Virus record (IMG/VR): IMGVR_UViG_3300028283_000235
Coordinates: 1 to 54,678 of that record
Strand: one strand, 5' to 3'
Origin: a virus
Lineage: Duplodnaviria; Caudoviricetes
DNA length: 54,678 bases
Below the pieces are notes generated by a model. That model was not told the origin of the DNA. It searched no databases and was given only the letters and a program-made list of their open reading frames with translations. This document shows, piece by piece, positions 38,592 to 48,900 of this stretch; position 1 is the stretch's first letter, and each line of letters starts with the position of its first letter. The translations under genes were made by a program, and so were the position numbers.

Positions 38592-39188
38592 ATGAAGGTG
38601 ATAAAGTTCTCTGACTACTTAATAGAATCCCAGAACATAAGTCAAAACGACGGAATATTAGTGGTTGTTGACGTTCAAAAACAATTCGATAAATTCATTC
38701 CTCAAAACTTCGAGCAAAATATATCCAAATATTGCGAAGAATTTCCTAAAGATGATAATACGGGTAAAGGAGTATACCAGATTTGGGACGCCAATAAAGC
38801 GCAGAACTTTAGTTATAATTTCCCCAACACTATACAAACAGTGAAGAAGAATTATGGCACTAAATTCGATAACGGTATAAAACAAATAGCAGATAACCTT
38901 CTTAAACAAAATCCAAAAGTGGGTGCAAAATTTAAAATCAATAATAAAAACGCTTACCTTATTAGAGTTGATAATAACCACAAATGGTTTTACGTGAACG
39001 AAGATCTTTATAGTCTTTATCTTAAATTAAAAGGTAAGAGTATAGTTTTAGTTGGTGGCGCAGATGATGAATGTCTTGAAGACGTCTACGTATCAATGAA
39101 AGCATTTGGAGTAAATCCAACATATAATCACGATTACATATATGACGCACAAAATAACGATAAGCAAGTAGCTGCACCAAAGAAATAG
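38592..39188 (+). CDS. Isochorismatase/cysteine-hydrolase-fold protein
   Basis: LVVVDVQKQF, VKKNYG, VLVGGADDECL. Confidence 0.65.
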   Translation: MKVIKFSDYLIESQNISQNDGILVVVDVQKQFDKFIPQNFEQNISKYCEEFPKDDNTGKGVYQIWDANKAQNFSYNFPNTIQTVKKNYGTKFDNGIKQIADNLLKQNPKVGAKFKINNKNAYLIRVDNNHKWFYVNEDLYSLYLKLKGKSIVLVGGADDECLEDVYVSMKAFGVNPTYNHDYIYDAQNNDKQVAAPKK

Positions 39189-39192
39189 GCAT

Positions 39193-39222
39193 AAAAAAAG
39201 GGAACCAATTGGTTCCCTTTTT
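39193..39222. terminator. Bidirectional intrinsic terminator
   Basis: aaaaaaagggaaccaattggttcccttttt. Confidence 0.88.
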
Positions 39223-39239
39223 CATTTTAGTAAAACTTC

Positions 39240-40322
39240 TTACTTTTTACCAGTGAGAGCGTTAATGTCCATTAAGAACATATTTCCACCGCTTCCACCT
39301 TTATCGCCACCACTACCAGTCATAAGGACATTAGGTACTTGTGATCCACCAGCCTGCCAAGCATTGATCCATTCGAGAACGATAATCTTTGGGTTTTGAT
39401 TGATAGCATTACCCTTGATTTTGAGGGCTTCTGCTTCACCCTGAGCGCCTTGGATAACGATATCCTTATCAATTTTAGCTTGAATTAACAGCTCGTTCTT
39501 CTGTTTGGTTACTTCGATTAAAGTAAGAGCCTTCTGTTCTTGAACTTTCTTGTTCTTGATTTCAGCTTCGTACTGTGGATCGTAGTAAACTTCACGAATA
39601 TCAATCTGATCAAGAATGAGTCTCCAAGAAGCCAATTCAAATTTCATTTTCTTCAAAACTTTATCCTGAATCTCCTGACGCTTCATAGAATAAACCTCAA
39701 TTGGGGTATATTCTGATACAACAAGAGCAAGACAAGATTTCAGTTTAGCTCTAATAACGTTTTCTTCGATCCAAATGTAACGAGAAGCCTCATTTCCATC
39801 TTGAGGAGTTACGTTCTGGTAAATCCAAGGAGCCTGATTTCCGTCAATCTTCCAAGATGCTGAAATATCAAAACCCATCTTGATACCTTCCGAAGTAGGT
39901 GCCCAAATAGCGTCGTCGTCTATTTTCTGTCCTTCTTTTGTTGCTTTTGCGCAAGTGTAAACCCAAACGGTTTTATCCATCATATGAATATCCCACCAAG
40001 GCATTACCACGCGCCAACCTGTATGAACTGCTTCATTTTTAACACCTGCTGGTGTAGTAATAACACCAACACTCTGTCCGTCCACCTTTACTACAAAAAT
40101 CCAGAAAAGGAAAAACAAAACAAACATAATTCCCGAAATAATACTAATTGGGAGAGTGAAGGGGAGTTCAATTTGAGGAGGTGCGTTCTTTCCTCTGTTT
40201 CCCCCAGCGGCTTGTGTTTTTAAGAAATCTTCGCGATTCATTTTTGAAACTTTGTTGGTAATCGCTCCACCAACGCCATAAATTAGCCCAAAAAGAGCTA
40301 TAATCACTAATATTGCTACCAT
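39240..40322 (-). CDS. SPFH/Band 7/prohibitin-family membrane protein
   Basis: Two N-terminal TMs, VGVITT..GV, D.SASW.I, IDIREV, AQGEAEA, NPKIIVLEWI..W. Confidence 0.88.
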   Translation of the reverse strand: MVAILVIIALFGLIYGVGGAITNKVSKMNREDFLKTQAAGGNRGKNAPPQIELPFTLPISIISGIMFVLFFLFWIFVVKVDGQSVGVITTPAGVKNEAVHTGWRVVMPWWDIHMMDKTVWVYTCAKATKEGQKIDDDAIWAPTSEGIKMGFDISASWKIDGNQAPWIYQNVTPQDGNEASRYIWIEENVIRAKLKSCLALVVSEYTPIEVYSMKRQEIQDKVLKKMKFELASWRLILDQIDIREVYYDPQYEAEIKNKKVQEQKALTLIEVTKQKNELLIQAKIDKDIVIQGAQGEAEALKIKGNAINQNPKIIVLEWINAWQAGGSQVPNVLMTGSGGDKGGSGGNMFLMDINALTGKK

Positions 40323-40389
40323 TTTTTTATTGGTATTAATAAATTGTCTACTCTATTCACCATTTTCGACATCCTGGTTTTTGATAACA

Positions 40390-40397
40390 CAAATTTA
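40390..40397 (-). promoter_or_regulatory. Bacteroidota-type -7 promoter box
   Basis: TAAATTTGtgttatcaaa. Confidence 0.6.
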
Positions 40398-40476
40398 AGA
40401 CGATTTTTGATTAAAAAAAAATAATCGATAAAATTTATTTTACCTTCGATTATATAAAGAAAAAATTGTGAAGTTT

Positions 40477-41610
40477 TTACTGACTATAAATTTTATCGTA
40501 AAATCTTGTTATTACATCTATTATTTTCTTAATCTTACCTTCTTTTCTCAATTTCTTAAATACTAAATTTTCAATTGAAAATTCACCTTCTTCCGTAAGA
40601 CCTTCCTTCCTAGACTTCATAATCTTAGATTTTAACTCTTTGGCGTTTTCGTAATATTCTTCTGCTTCTTCTGGTGATAATTCTTGTTTAGATAACTTTT
40701 CGTATTTAAGAATATCATATACTCTTGCGTCATATTTAACATTCACGTCTTTAGTATCTACGTTAGGTGGATTATAAACAGGTTTTGTTATCCATTCATC
40801 ATTCAATAACGAATATAAACCAGTGGCGTTATGTTCTTCTGTTTCATCTTGAATATACAATTCTACATCGTGTCCTTTTATAATAATATTATGTCTTAAA
40901 TTCCATATAAATCTTTGACCATCAATGGCTTTCTTAACTAGTTCAGTGTCTTCATTTATGTCTTTAAAATCACAAACTATATGAACGTCAATATCTGATT
41001 CTTCTGTATAGTTATAGTTTGCCATAGATCCAGTGAGATAAATATCTTTAATTTCTGTTTCTAATTCAACGTCATTGAAGAAGTCTTTAGCTATCTTTAT
41101 AAGTTTTTCTCTTATTCTTTCTATAAGTTTATCATCTTCCCATAAATCTTGGCAAAGAGTTTTCTTGTATGGAATTTTTCTTTCTTCTTTCAACATATCA
41201 TCCCATTCTTCTTCACCGTAAGGATCAAATTCTTTCATGTCATCTATAAATTTTTGTTTTGCTTCTTCTTTCCTTTTAATTTCTTTATCTCTTTCTATTC
41301 TATTATTATTCAATTCTTTCCTTTTACTTTTATATTCTTTCTCAGTAGAATAAAGATCTTCCCTATTTATCCATTTAATCTCTTTCCCACTTTTTTTATT
41401 TCTTAAAGCGTACCAAATCAGATCATTAATGTCTTCATATGTATTAATAACTTCATTTTCACCGTAATATTTAGATAACATTGAAAATCCAGCAACGTAC
41501 CAAACAGTGTCCCCTTTCTTAAACTTACTAGCTTTTAAAAGTTTAGATAATCTTTTATCAAATTCAGTAAGCTCATATTCTTCTTTTATAAATGAATTGT
41601 ATTTTAACAT
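40477..41610 (-). CDS. Pol-beta-superfamily nucleotidyltransferase with N-terminal extension
   Basis: LTGSMANYNY..SDIDVH (GS..DxD), DVELY, GEFSIENLVFKKLR. Confidence 0.85.
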   Translation of the reverse strand: MLKYNSFIKEEYELTEFDKRLSKLLKASKFKKGDTVWYVAGFSMLSKYYGENEVINTYEDINDLIWYALRNKKSGKEIKWINREDLYSTEKEYKSKRKELNNNRIERDKEIKRKEEAKQKFIDDMKEFDPYGEEEWDDMLKEERKIPYKKTLCQDLWEDDKLIERIREKLIKIAKDFFNDVELETEIKDIYLTGSMANYNYTEESDIDVHIVCDFKDINEDTELVKKAIDGQRFIWNLRHNIIIKGHDVELYIQDETEEHNATGLYSLLNDEWITKPVYNPPNVDTKDVNVKYDARVYDILKYEKLSKQELSPEEAEEYYENAKELKSKIMKSRKEGLTEEGEFSIENLVFKKLRKEGKIKKIIDVITRFYDKIYSQ

Positions 41611-41692
41611 GAATCTATATATTAAAAAGAGAAACTAAAAAAATAAACCTACCACTTTTATATCTATATATAAAAGAAAAACTATTTACACT

Positions 41693-42973
41693 ATGATAAG
41701 AAAGAAAGATGAAGACATTATTACAGCTTTAAGAAATGTGATGGATAATAGTTATTTCAGGGATATGACTTCTGCTCTCAAATCTAATGGGAAAAGTAAG
41801 CCAGTTGAAGACTTTAACATCCTTGATGAATATCAATCAAGTTTCAACGAGACACCAAGTTTATTAAAAATAACTCACGACGATTGTGATCTTTTCTTAT
41901 ACGAAAAACTAAAGAAAATGTTAAAAGAAGAATTTGGTGCATCCAGAGTCCTCTTCAACGATACAGAATACAATTTAAAAAGAGAAAAATATATCGCTAA
42001 CCGCGAAGTGTGGTACATCGCTGACGGCTATCTTCTTAACCTCTGGACTAGCGAATCTAAAAACATATACGCTAACCCAGAACTGGACGTGAAATTAAAT
42101 AAACACGACCAACTTATAGAAGGCAACACTCTTCTTGTTCCACCACACGGTTCAAATAGAACTAACAAGGATATAGAAGAAAGAGTTATCAAAACATTCA
42201 AAACTACAACTATCAAAGAATACGAAAGAAACTCTATCGGCATGATGAGCGTTGAAGGTTCTGGTGATCTTTACGTGAAAGAATTTACCCTAGATAAGAA
42301 ATTTAAAATCAACGATCTAGATCTTCATTACGGTGATGAATTTAAAACATTTCATGCTGAACTCTTCAAGAAACTTAAAGGTGATAAGAAAGGATTAGTA
42401 CTATTACATGGCGATCCTGGCACAGGTAAAACATTCTATATTAGATATTTACTACAATGTTTAGCTAAAACTAAGAAGAAGGTATTATATTTTCCACCAA
42501 GTATGGTAGAGGCTGTAACAGATCCAACCTTTTTTAATTTTATCACAAATTGGACAATGGATAACGGTAAGAATTCGATTCTTTTAATTGAAGACGCCGA
42601 GCCACTTTTGGTTTCTAGGGAGGCTAATCGTAATATGGGTATAACAAATCTTCTTAATTTAACTGATGGTATTTTAAATGATATACTTTCAATTCAGATT
42701 ATAGCCACTTTTAATACTAGTCTTGGTGAATTGGATAAAGCTTTATTAAGACCAGAAAGATTAATTGCTAGAAAAGAGTTTAAGAAATTAACAATTGATA
42801 ATTCTATGAAATTGGTAGAATTGCTTGGAATGGACCCAGCGACTGTAAAAAAGGAAATGTCTTTGGCTGAAATTTATTCAGTTAAAAATGATAACGAGGT
42901 TTTACTTCACGGGGTGGATAAAACAAAGGCTGCTGGGGAAAGAACAGCGATAGGGTTCGGAAGTAAGAGATAA
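41693..42973 (+). CDS. AAA+ ATPase
   Basis: HGDPGTGKT, LLIEDAE, LLNLTDG, DKALLRPERL, C-terminal IGF. Confidence 0.92.
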   Translation: MIRKKDEDIITALRNVMDNSYFRDMTSALKSNGKSKPVEDFNILDEYQSSFNETPSLLKITHDDCDLFLYEKLKKMLKEEFGASRVLFNDTEYNLKREKYIANREVWYIADGYLLNLWTSESKNIYANPELDVKLNKHDQLIEGNTLLVPPHGSNRTNKDIEERVIKTFKTTTIKEYERNSIGMMSVEGSGDLYVKEFTLDKKFKINDLDLHYGDEFKTFHAELFKKLKGDKKGLVLLHGDPGTGKTFYIRYLLQCLAKTKKKVLYFPPSMVEAVTDPTFFNFITNWTMDNGKNSILLIEDAEPLLVSREANRNMGITNLLNLTDGILNDILSIQIIATFNTSLGELDKALLRPERLIARKEFKKLTIDNSMKLVELLGMDPATVKKEMSLAEIYSVKNDNEVLLHGVDKTKAAGERTAIGFGSKR

Positions 42974-42974
42974 T

Positions 42975-43005
42975 AAAAAAAGGGGAACTTAGTTCCCCTT
43001 TTTTT
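42975..43005. terminator. Bidirectional intrinsic terminator
   Basis: aaaaaaaggggaact-t-agttccccttttttt. Confidence 0.88.
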
Positions 43006-43006
43006 A

Positions 43007-44149
43007 TTAGAATGGCATTTCATTTACGAAATCGTCTGGTTGTTTACCTTGTGCTGTAGCTATCGCATTTCTTACTTTTATTAATGTGTTTTTATCTGGA
43101 ATGTTTACTATATTTCTTAATAGTTTAGATAAAGAAGCTCTGTGTTGATCATCTACTGCTTTTGATCCTTTTGCTATTGTATCATATGGATCACCTTGTC
43201 CTGTCGCTGCACCGGCTGGCGCTTTAACTTGTTTTACTTTAGTTAAAGCAGTACCAAACATAGCGTTCTTCAATAGTGTGTTCACTCCCTCTTTTAAAGC
43301 ATTTACATCGCCTTTAGGAACACCACCGTTAGCTTGGTCTGGTTTGGCATTTGGATCTGGTTTAGCATTTGGATCTGGTTTAGCATTTGGATCTGGTTTA
43401 GCATTTGGATCTGGTTTGGTGTTAGTCGCCTTATTTCTAGTAGATACAGGATTTCCGTTAGCGTCGTATTCGTATTCTTCGTTTAATTCGTCAGTAGAAC
43501 TGAAATTGTATTTTTCGATAGGTTGTCCGCCTGGTAAATTTGTTTTAACATTATCCTTCGGATTTGTTTGTTTTTGTTCTGGTGTATTTGTATTTGTTGT
43601 GGCTGCTGGGGTTGTTTCAACTTTAGTAACATCTTTATTACTTTCGAGATAAGTTTTTAATTCTGCGTCATTATAAACACCTTTAGCTCTTTGTTCTAAC
43701 ATTAAATTACAAGCGTCTACAGCGTGTTTAGTAAATTCTTCTGATTTATCAAAATTGAACAAATCTGCTGCGGCCGTACCTTCAAATATTTTTTTAGGCG
43801 CTAACTCTGGGGATTGATATTTGTTAGACATTTCTTGTAAAGTTAAAAATATCATACTAGCGTTATCGTAAAGAACCTTTCTAACACCTAAAGGTCCAGT
43901 TGCGGTCTTCATCGCCTCATCACATAACATCATTCTATCTTTAGTTGATTGTTCGTATAATCTGATAGAATCGTTCCAATTTTTAGACGCGTCTAATTTC
44001 TTCGTGAACTCAGCTACTTTATCTGCTAACTTCTTATCTATATTTCCAAAAATCTTACCGAAAAGATTTTTGATGGCGTCCCATAATAACTCTTCATTAA
44101 CAGCGTCTTTGAATTCCTCAAAATGTCTAATATTTTTTAAATCTTCCAT
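43007..44149 (-). CDS. Probable internal head protein with low-complexity linker
   Basis: N-terminal IRHFEEFKDAVNEE; (KPDPNA)4 repeat. Confidence 0.65.
   Translation of the reverse strand: MEDLKNIRHFEEFKDAVNEELLWDAIKNLFGKIFGNIDKKLADKVAEFTKKLDASKNWNDSIRLYEQSTKDRMMLCDEAMKTATGPLGVRKVLYDNASMIFLTLQEMSNKYQSPELAPKKIFEGTAAADLFNFDKSEEFTKHAVDACNLMLEQRAKGVYNDAELKTYLESNKDVTKVETTPAATTNTNTPEQKQTNPKDNVKTNLPGGQPIEKYNFSSTDELNEEYEYDANGNPVSTRNKATNTKPDPNAKPDPNAKPDPNAKPDPNAKPDQANGGVPKGDVNALKEGVNTLLKNAMFGTALTKVKQVKAPAGAATGQGDPYDTIAKGSKAVDDQHRASLSKLLRNIVNIPDKNTLIKVRNAIATAQGKQPDDFVNEMPF
43338..43417. repeat. 18-bp tandem repeat, about 4.4 copies
   Basis: tctggtttagcatttgga units encoding KPDPNA. Confidence 0.9.
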
Positions 44150-44169
44150 ATTTATTAATTTTATTTTTA

Positions 44170-44529
44170 TTATACATCCACATCTTCGTCATCTCTCATC
44201 CAATGCATAGGCATTTTATCTAACCTGCCTTGAAAACTAGATTTTTTACCTGTTTTAGTGTTAAAAGTAAATCCTCCGCCTCTATTTATCTCACCAATTT
44301 CTTCAAGTCCTTCTTTGGTCTCTTCGAGTTTAGCCAAGCCTGCTTTCATTTTAGCTATTTTTAAAACGTCTTTTTCTTTAGCAATTTCTTCTTCCATTAA
44401 TCCTAAAACATAATCAATGTCTTCTAATATATTAGTGCCGTGTAATTTCTCGTATTCATCTAGATAATTACCTTCGTAATAAGTGATTACATCAGGATTT
44501 CTTTTCATTGTTAATATAAAATCTGCCAC
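44170..44529 (-). CDS. Hypothetical protein
   Basis: 119-aa ORF; start uncertain. Confidence 0.55.
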   Translation of the reverse strand: MADFILTMKRNPDVITYYEGNYLDEYEKLHGTNILEDIDYVLGLMEEEIAKEKDVLKIAKMKAGLAKLEETKEGLEEIGEINRGGGFTFNTKTGKKSSFQGRLDKMPMHWMRDDEDVDV

Positions 44530-44722
44530 ATTTGAAATTACATTACCAGATCAGATTATTCATAATTTGTTCTTTTATTTTGAACTATATATTAATATTA
44601 TTTTTTCATTTTCTTGAAAAAGAACGCTTGGGTTTTTTATATATATAGTTATGAATACAGAAAAAAATGACTTTTTTCATTTAATATATAAGTATATAGA
44701 AACATTAAAAAACCATATACTC

Positions 44723-45937
44723 ATGAAATTAGTAGAGAGACATATAATAAGTAAATCTGACAAACGATGGAAATCATTAGATAATATATGCTTTTTATCT
44801 AAGAACTTATATAACAGCGCTATTTATAAAATTAAAAAAAATTATGAAGAAACTGGAAAATTTATAAGATATAATGATTTAGAGAGAGAATTTAAAATAA
44901 ATAATCAACCAGATTATAGAGGAATGGTTATAGGATCTTCTCAACAAACATTAATGTTAGTAGATAAAAGTTTAACTAGTTATTTTAAACTTTTATCTAA
45001 ATATAAGAAAAATAAAAAATCTTTAAACGGTTGTCCTAAATTTCCTAAATATAAAGATAAAATAAAAGGGAGATTTATAGTGGTTTTTACAATTGGTCAA
45101 GCTAAATTAAAAAATGGATATATTTATTTTCCTAAAAGATCTGGTATAGAACCGATTAAAACTAATGTTCAATCATTAAAACAGGTTCGTATAATACCTC
45201 AATCCAGTTGTTACATTATTGAAGTTGTGTACGAAAAACAAGAAAAAGAAAAAATAAACAATGATCATTATTTATCTATTGATCTAGGTGTCAATAACTT
45301 GATGACTTGTTACGATACTAAAAACAATAAATCTTTTATTATTAACGGCCGACCTTTGAAATCGATAAATCAATATTATAATAAAAAGAAATCTAAATTG
45401 CAAGAACGATTGATGAAAAATCATAAAAAATATAACTCAAATAGGATCAATAAATTAACATTAAAAAGAAACAATAAAATTAGCGACTGTCTCCACAAAA
45501 GCTCTAGGTTTATAGTCGATTATTGTGTAAGAGAAAATATTGGAAACGTGATAGTTGGATATAATAAAGAATGGAAGAGTGATTGTAATATTGGAAAGAA
45601 AAATAATCAAAACTTCATTCAAATTCCACACAGAATAACGCTAAACATGTTGTCTTATAAATCTTTATTAGAAGGACTAAATTACATAGAAAATGAGGAG
45701 AGTTATACCAGTAAATGTTCAGCGTTGGATTTAGAACCATTGAATAAACAAAAAAAATATATGGGCAAACGTGTTAAACGTGGTTTATTTGTTAGTTCAA
45801 CTGGAATAAAAATCAATGCTGATCTAAATGGAGCTTTAAATATTTTAAGAAAAGTGGCACCTGATAAGGAACAAGAAATTGTTCAATCTCTAAGGTGTAT
45901 AGGCCAAGCGATTTGGCCATTAAAGATTAATCTTTAA
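44723..45937 (+). mobile_element. tnpB: TnpB (IS200/IS605-superfamily RNA-guided endonuclease), no tnpA in window
   Basis: SKNLYN, PKFPKYK, SIDLGVNNL (RuvC I), EESYTSKC, INADLNGALNI (RuvC III); start MKLVERH preferred within ORF 44651-45937. Confidence 0.92.
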
Positions 45938-45957
45938 CAAAAAATAATTTTTATATC

Positions 45958-48900
45958 GTGGACTCCATAAATTCATTTGTTACATTAGCGGAAAAAATCA
46001 CAATCCTTAACAAGAATTGTGTTGAAATATTAACAAAAGTGAACGATTTAGTATCCAGTCAAAGCGATAGTGTAAATATCGTTTACGACGACAACGGTGC
46101 AGTAAATTCATTTTCTCAACCTACTGTTGGATATTTGAAAAATCAAATAGACGTTCTCAATCAAAATATGAAAAGAATGGCGTCTATTGATGGATATACC
46201 TTTATTAGAGACGGTCAATCATTCAAAAGAATTATGACTTCTGATCTTAATAGAGAACCAGCATCTATTCAAGAAATTAATCAAGTAACTACATTTACAC
46301 CTGTAAACAATCATTTCTTTGAGTCCTTAATGAACCCAATGCTAGCAGTAACTATTAACCTGAGAGATAAAGTGGAGCAAGTTGTTAATAAAATTGTATC
46401 ACGTAGATATATCGTTAGATTTGAAAAGAATCTTGATGGTAGTCTTACTGAAGCAGGTCTCAGATCTTTTAATAGTTTCTCTACTACTTTTTTAAATCAA
46501 ACTGGTATTAACATCTCAGACTTCATCGCTTGGTACGATAATCCTTCAAATGACGGACTTATTGTAGATACTGTTAAACCATATGACGAACAAATTTACG
46601 ATTTAGCTCTTAAAACATTAAATTATTACGGTGTGTTCTCTGTTATAAAAGTGGAAATAGACGACATTAATAATAAAATGTGGTACCACCTTAACGATAT
46701 TAAATATTATGGTAACGATGGTACAATCAAGAATTTAACCATAGGTGACGAACTTATTGTTAATAGATTAAACGCTGGAACAAGATATAAAATTAAAGAA
46801 GTAAATACTGATTCTTCAAACACTAAAATAAGATTAGAAAATGTAGAAGGTTACGATCCAGTTGTTGTTGGTACAAATGTATTAAAATATTATAGTGATA
46901 TATCAGCAGATAAAAATGTACAAATCAATGTTGGTTTCGACGAATACATTGTACTCTTCGTTAAACCAATCAATACAGATGATAATATAGTTGGAACTCT
47001 TTGGAGTAAAGGTATATCATTTTATACTAACGATCTTATTCTTGATATTAATAATAATATAAATTTAGCAAATTATTACGTAGAAGCAGTTTACGATTAC
47101 GGTACTTGGTTAAGAGATCAATTAACAAAAAGTATTCCTACAATTTACGGGGCAACACCAAATCCTGTTACTCTAACATCTGATAATTTTAAAGTTGTAC
47201 AAATAAATAAACACTTAACAGATAACGTAGATCAAAACGCTATATTGAAAGCACACGCTGATAAATCAACTGTTAAAACGCAAATATCACAATTGAATAC
47301 GGCTATTACACAAAAGACTGGAAAACTTAATAGTGGTGGTTTAACAACAGTTGAAAAACAATCTTATTTAACTGAAATCAATAAGATGAAGACTGATTTG
47401 AACATATCAACAAATAATTTGTCTTCTTTAGTAACTGAAATCACAAATTTAAGTACAGGACAAAATAATAACGTAGCAGCCAAATATAGAGTAAGAGGAT
47501 TTTGGACAATGCCAGAACCTATTCAAACAGGTAAAACCCCTCCTCAACACGTTGTTCAATTTAGAGTTCAATATAGATATAGCTCAAGGAGTGGTAATTC
47601 TAATAATATTCAAACGTTTAATTACGTTAATGTTCAACAACCATCTACAAATACTGCCCCCACAACTACAAGTGGAACAATTGTAAGAACTAATGTGAAT
47701 ACTACAGCTAGAACAGGTGGAGCAGCATTGGCTGCGTCAGCAACAAATCAAAATAGAAATACTGGTAATTCTAATTTAGGTAAAGCTACAACTTTACCGC
47801 CAGTTAATGTTGGTAAAACAGTGCCAGTCGCTTCTACCCAAGTATCGACCACAACTGAAAATCCACCAACAGCACCAAAATATGCTAACTTTTCTAACTG
47901 GGTAGAATTTTTATCTGACGTTAGAAAAAGATATTGGGACGAAAATAGTAAACAATGGTACTGGAAAATTGAAGACGTATCAGACGCTGAGACACCAAAT
48001 ATCAATCAATTAGATATAGCAATTCAACAAAACGAAAGAGTTGAAATTAGAGTGAAATCTATTTCAGAAGTAGGTTGGCCAGATTCATTAATAGAATCAG
48101 ATTGGAGTAATGTATTAACAGTTGATTTTCCAAACGATATTAGTGACGTGTTAGCTGATAACCAATTCATTTTAGCTGAAGCCTCACAAGATAAAACATC
48201 TGTTGTATTAGAATCCACATTAAGCAGTAAAGGTGTTAATCAACACGTACAAGATAGTTATGTCGCTGGACAGGATTACGTTGCACATAAAGACACTAGC
48301 ATTCAAGTTGGTATTGGGTTCAATACTATTAATAATCCAAATCTATTCCAATATTTAACATATTTAACAGACAGAATAGCCAAGTTAGAACAGACTATAT
48401 CTGGGGCTAAAGGTACTCTTAACATCACATTGTTTAAGAAATCTACAGAACTAAAGACTATTACTAATAATACGACTACCATAATTAATGTGGAATGTGA
48501 AGATTACGGTACAGTCGTAACCGGGAGAACATATGTGAATTCAATCAATATCATAGAAGATTATATTCTTTCTTTTGAAAACACAAATCAAAGTGGTAAT
48601 TTGGGTTTCTTATCTAGCAGACTTTATACAAGTGGTGGTACCAACGCTTTTTATTCAGATGGCGGTAAAGATCATAAAGTGTTATTAGTTGACTGGAACA
48701 GTAATCTTTATACTCAAAATGATAATCAATTTGTATGGTTTGCTGACAGAGATAATAATGACTGGATATCAAGTGGTGCTACAAATCTTAACACAACAAG
48801 TATTCTAAACCAATCGTATTATAATTTTGGAGCAACTGGAACATCATCAGCGAATGCCCCCTTATGGAATGTTAATTCTATATTTAACTCATCCACTGGT

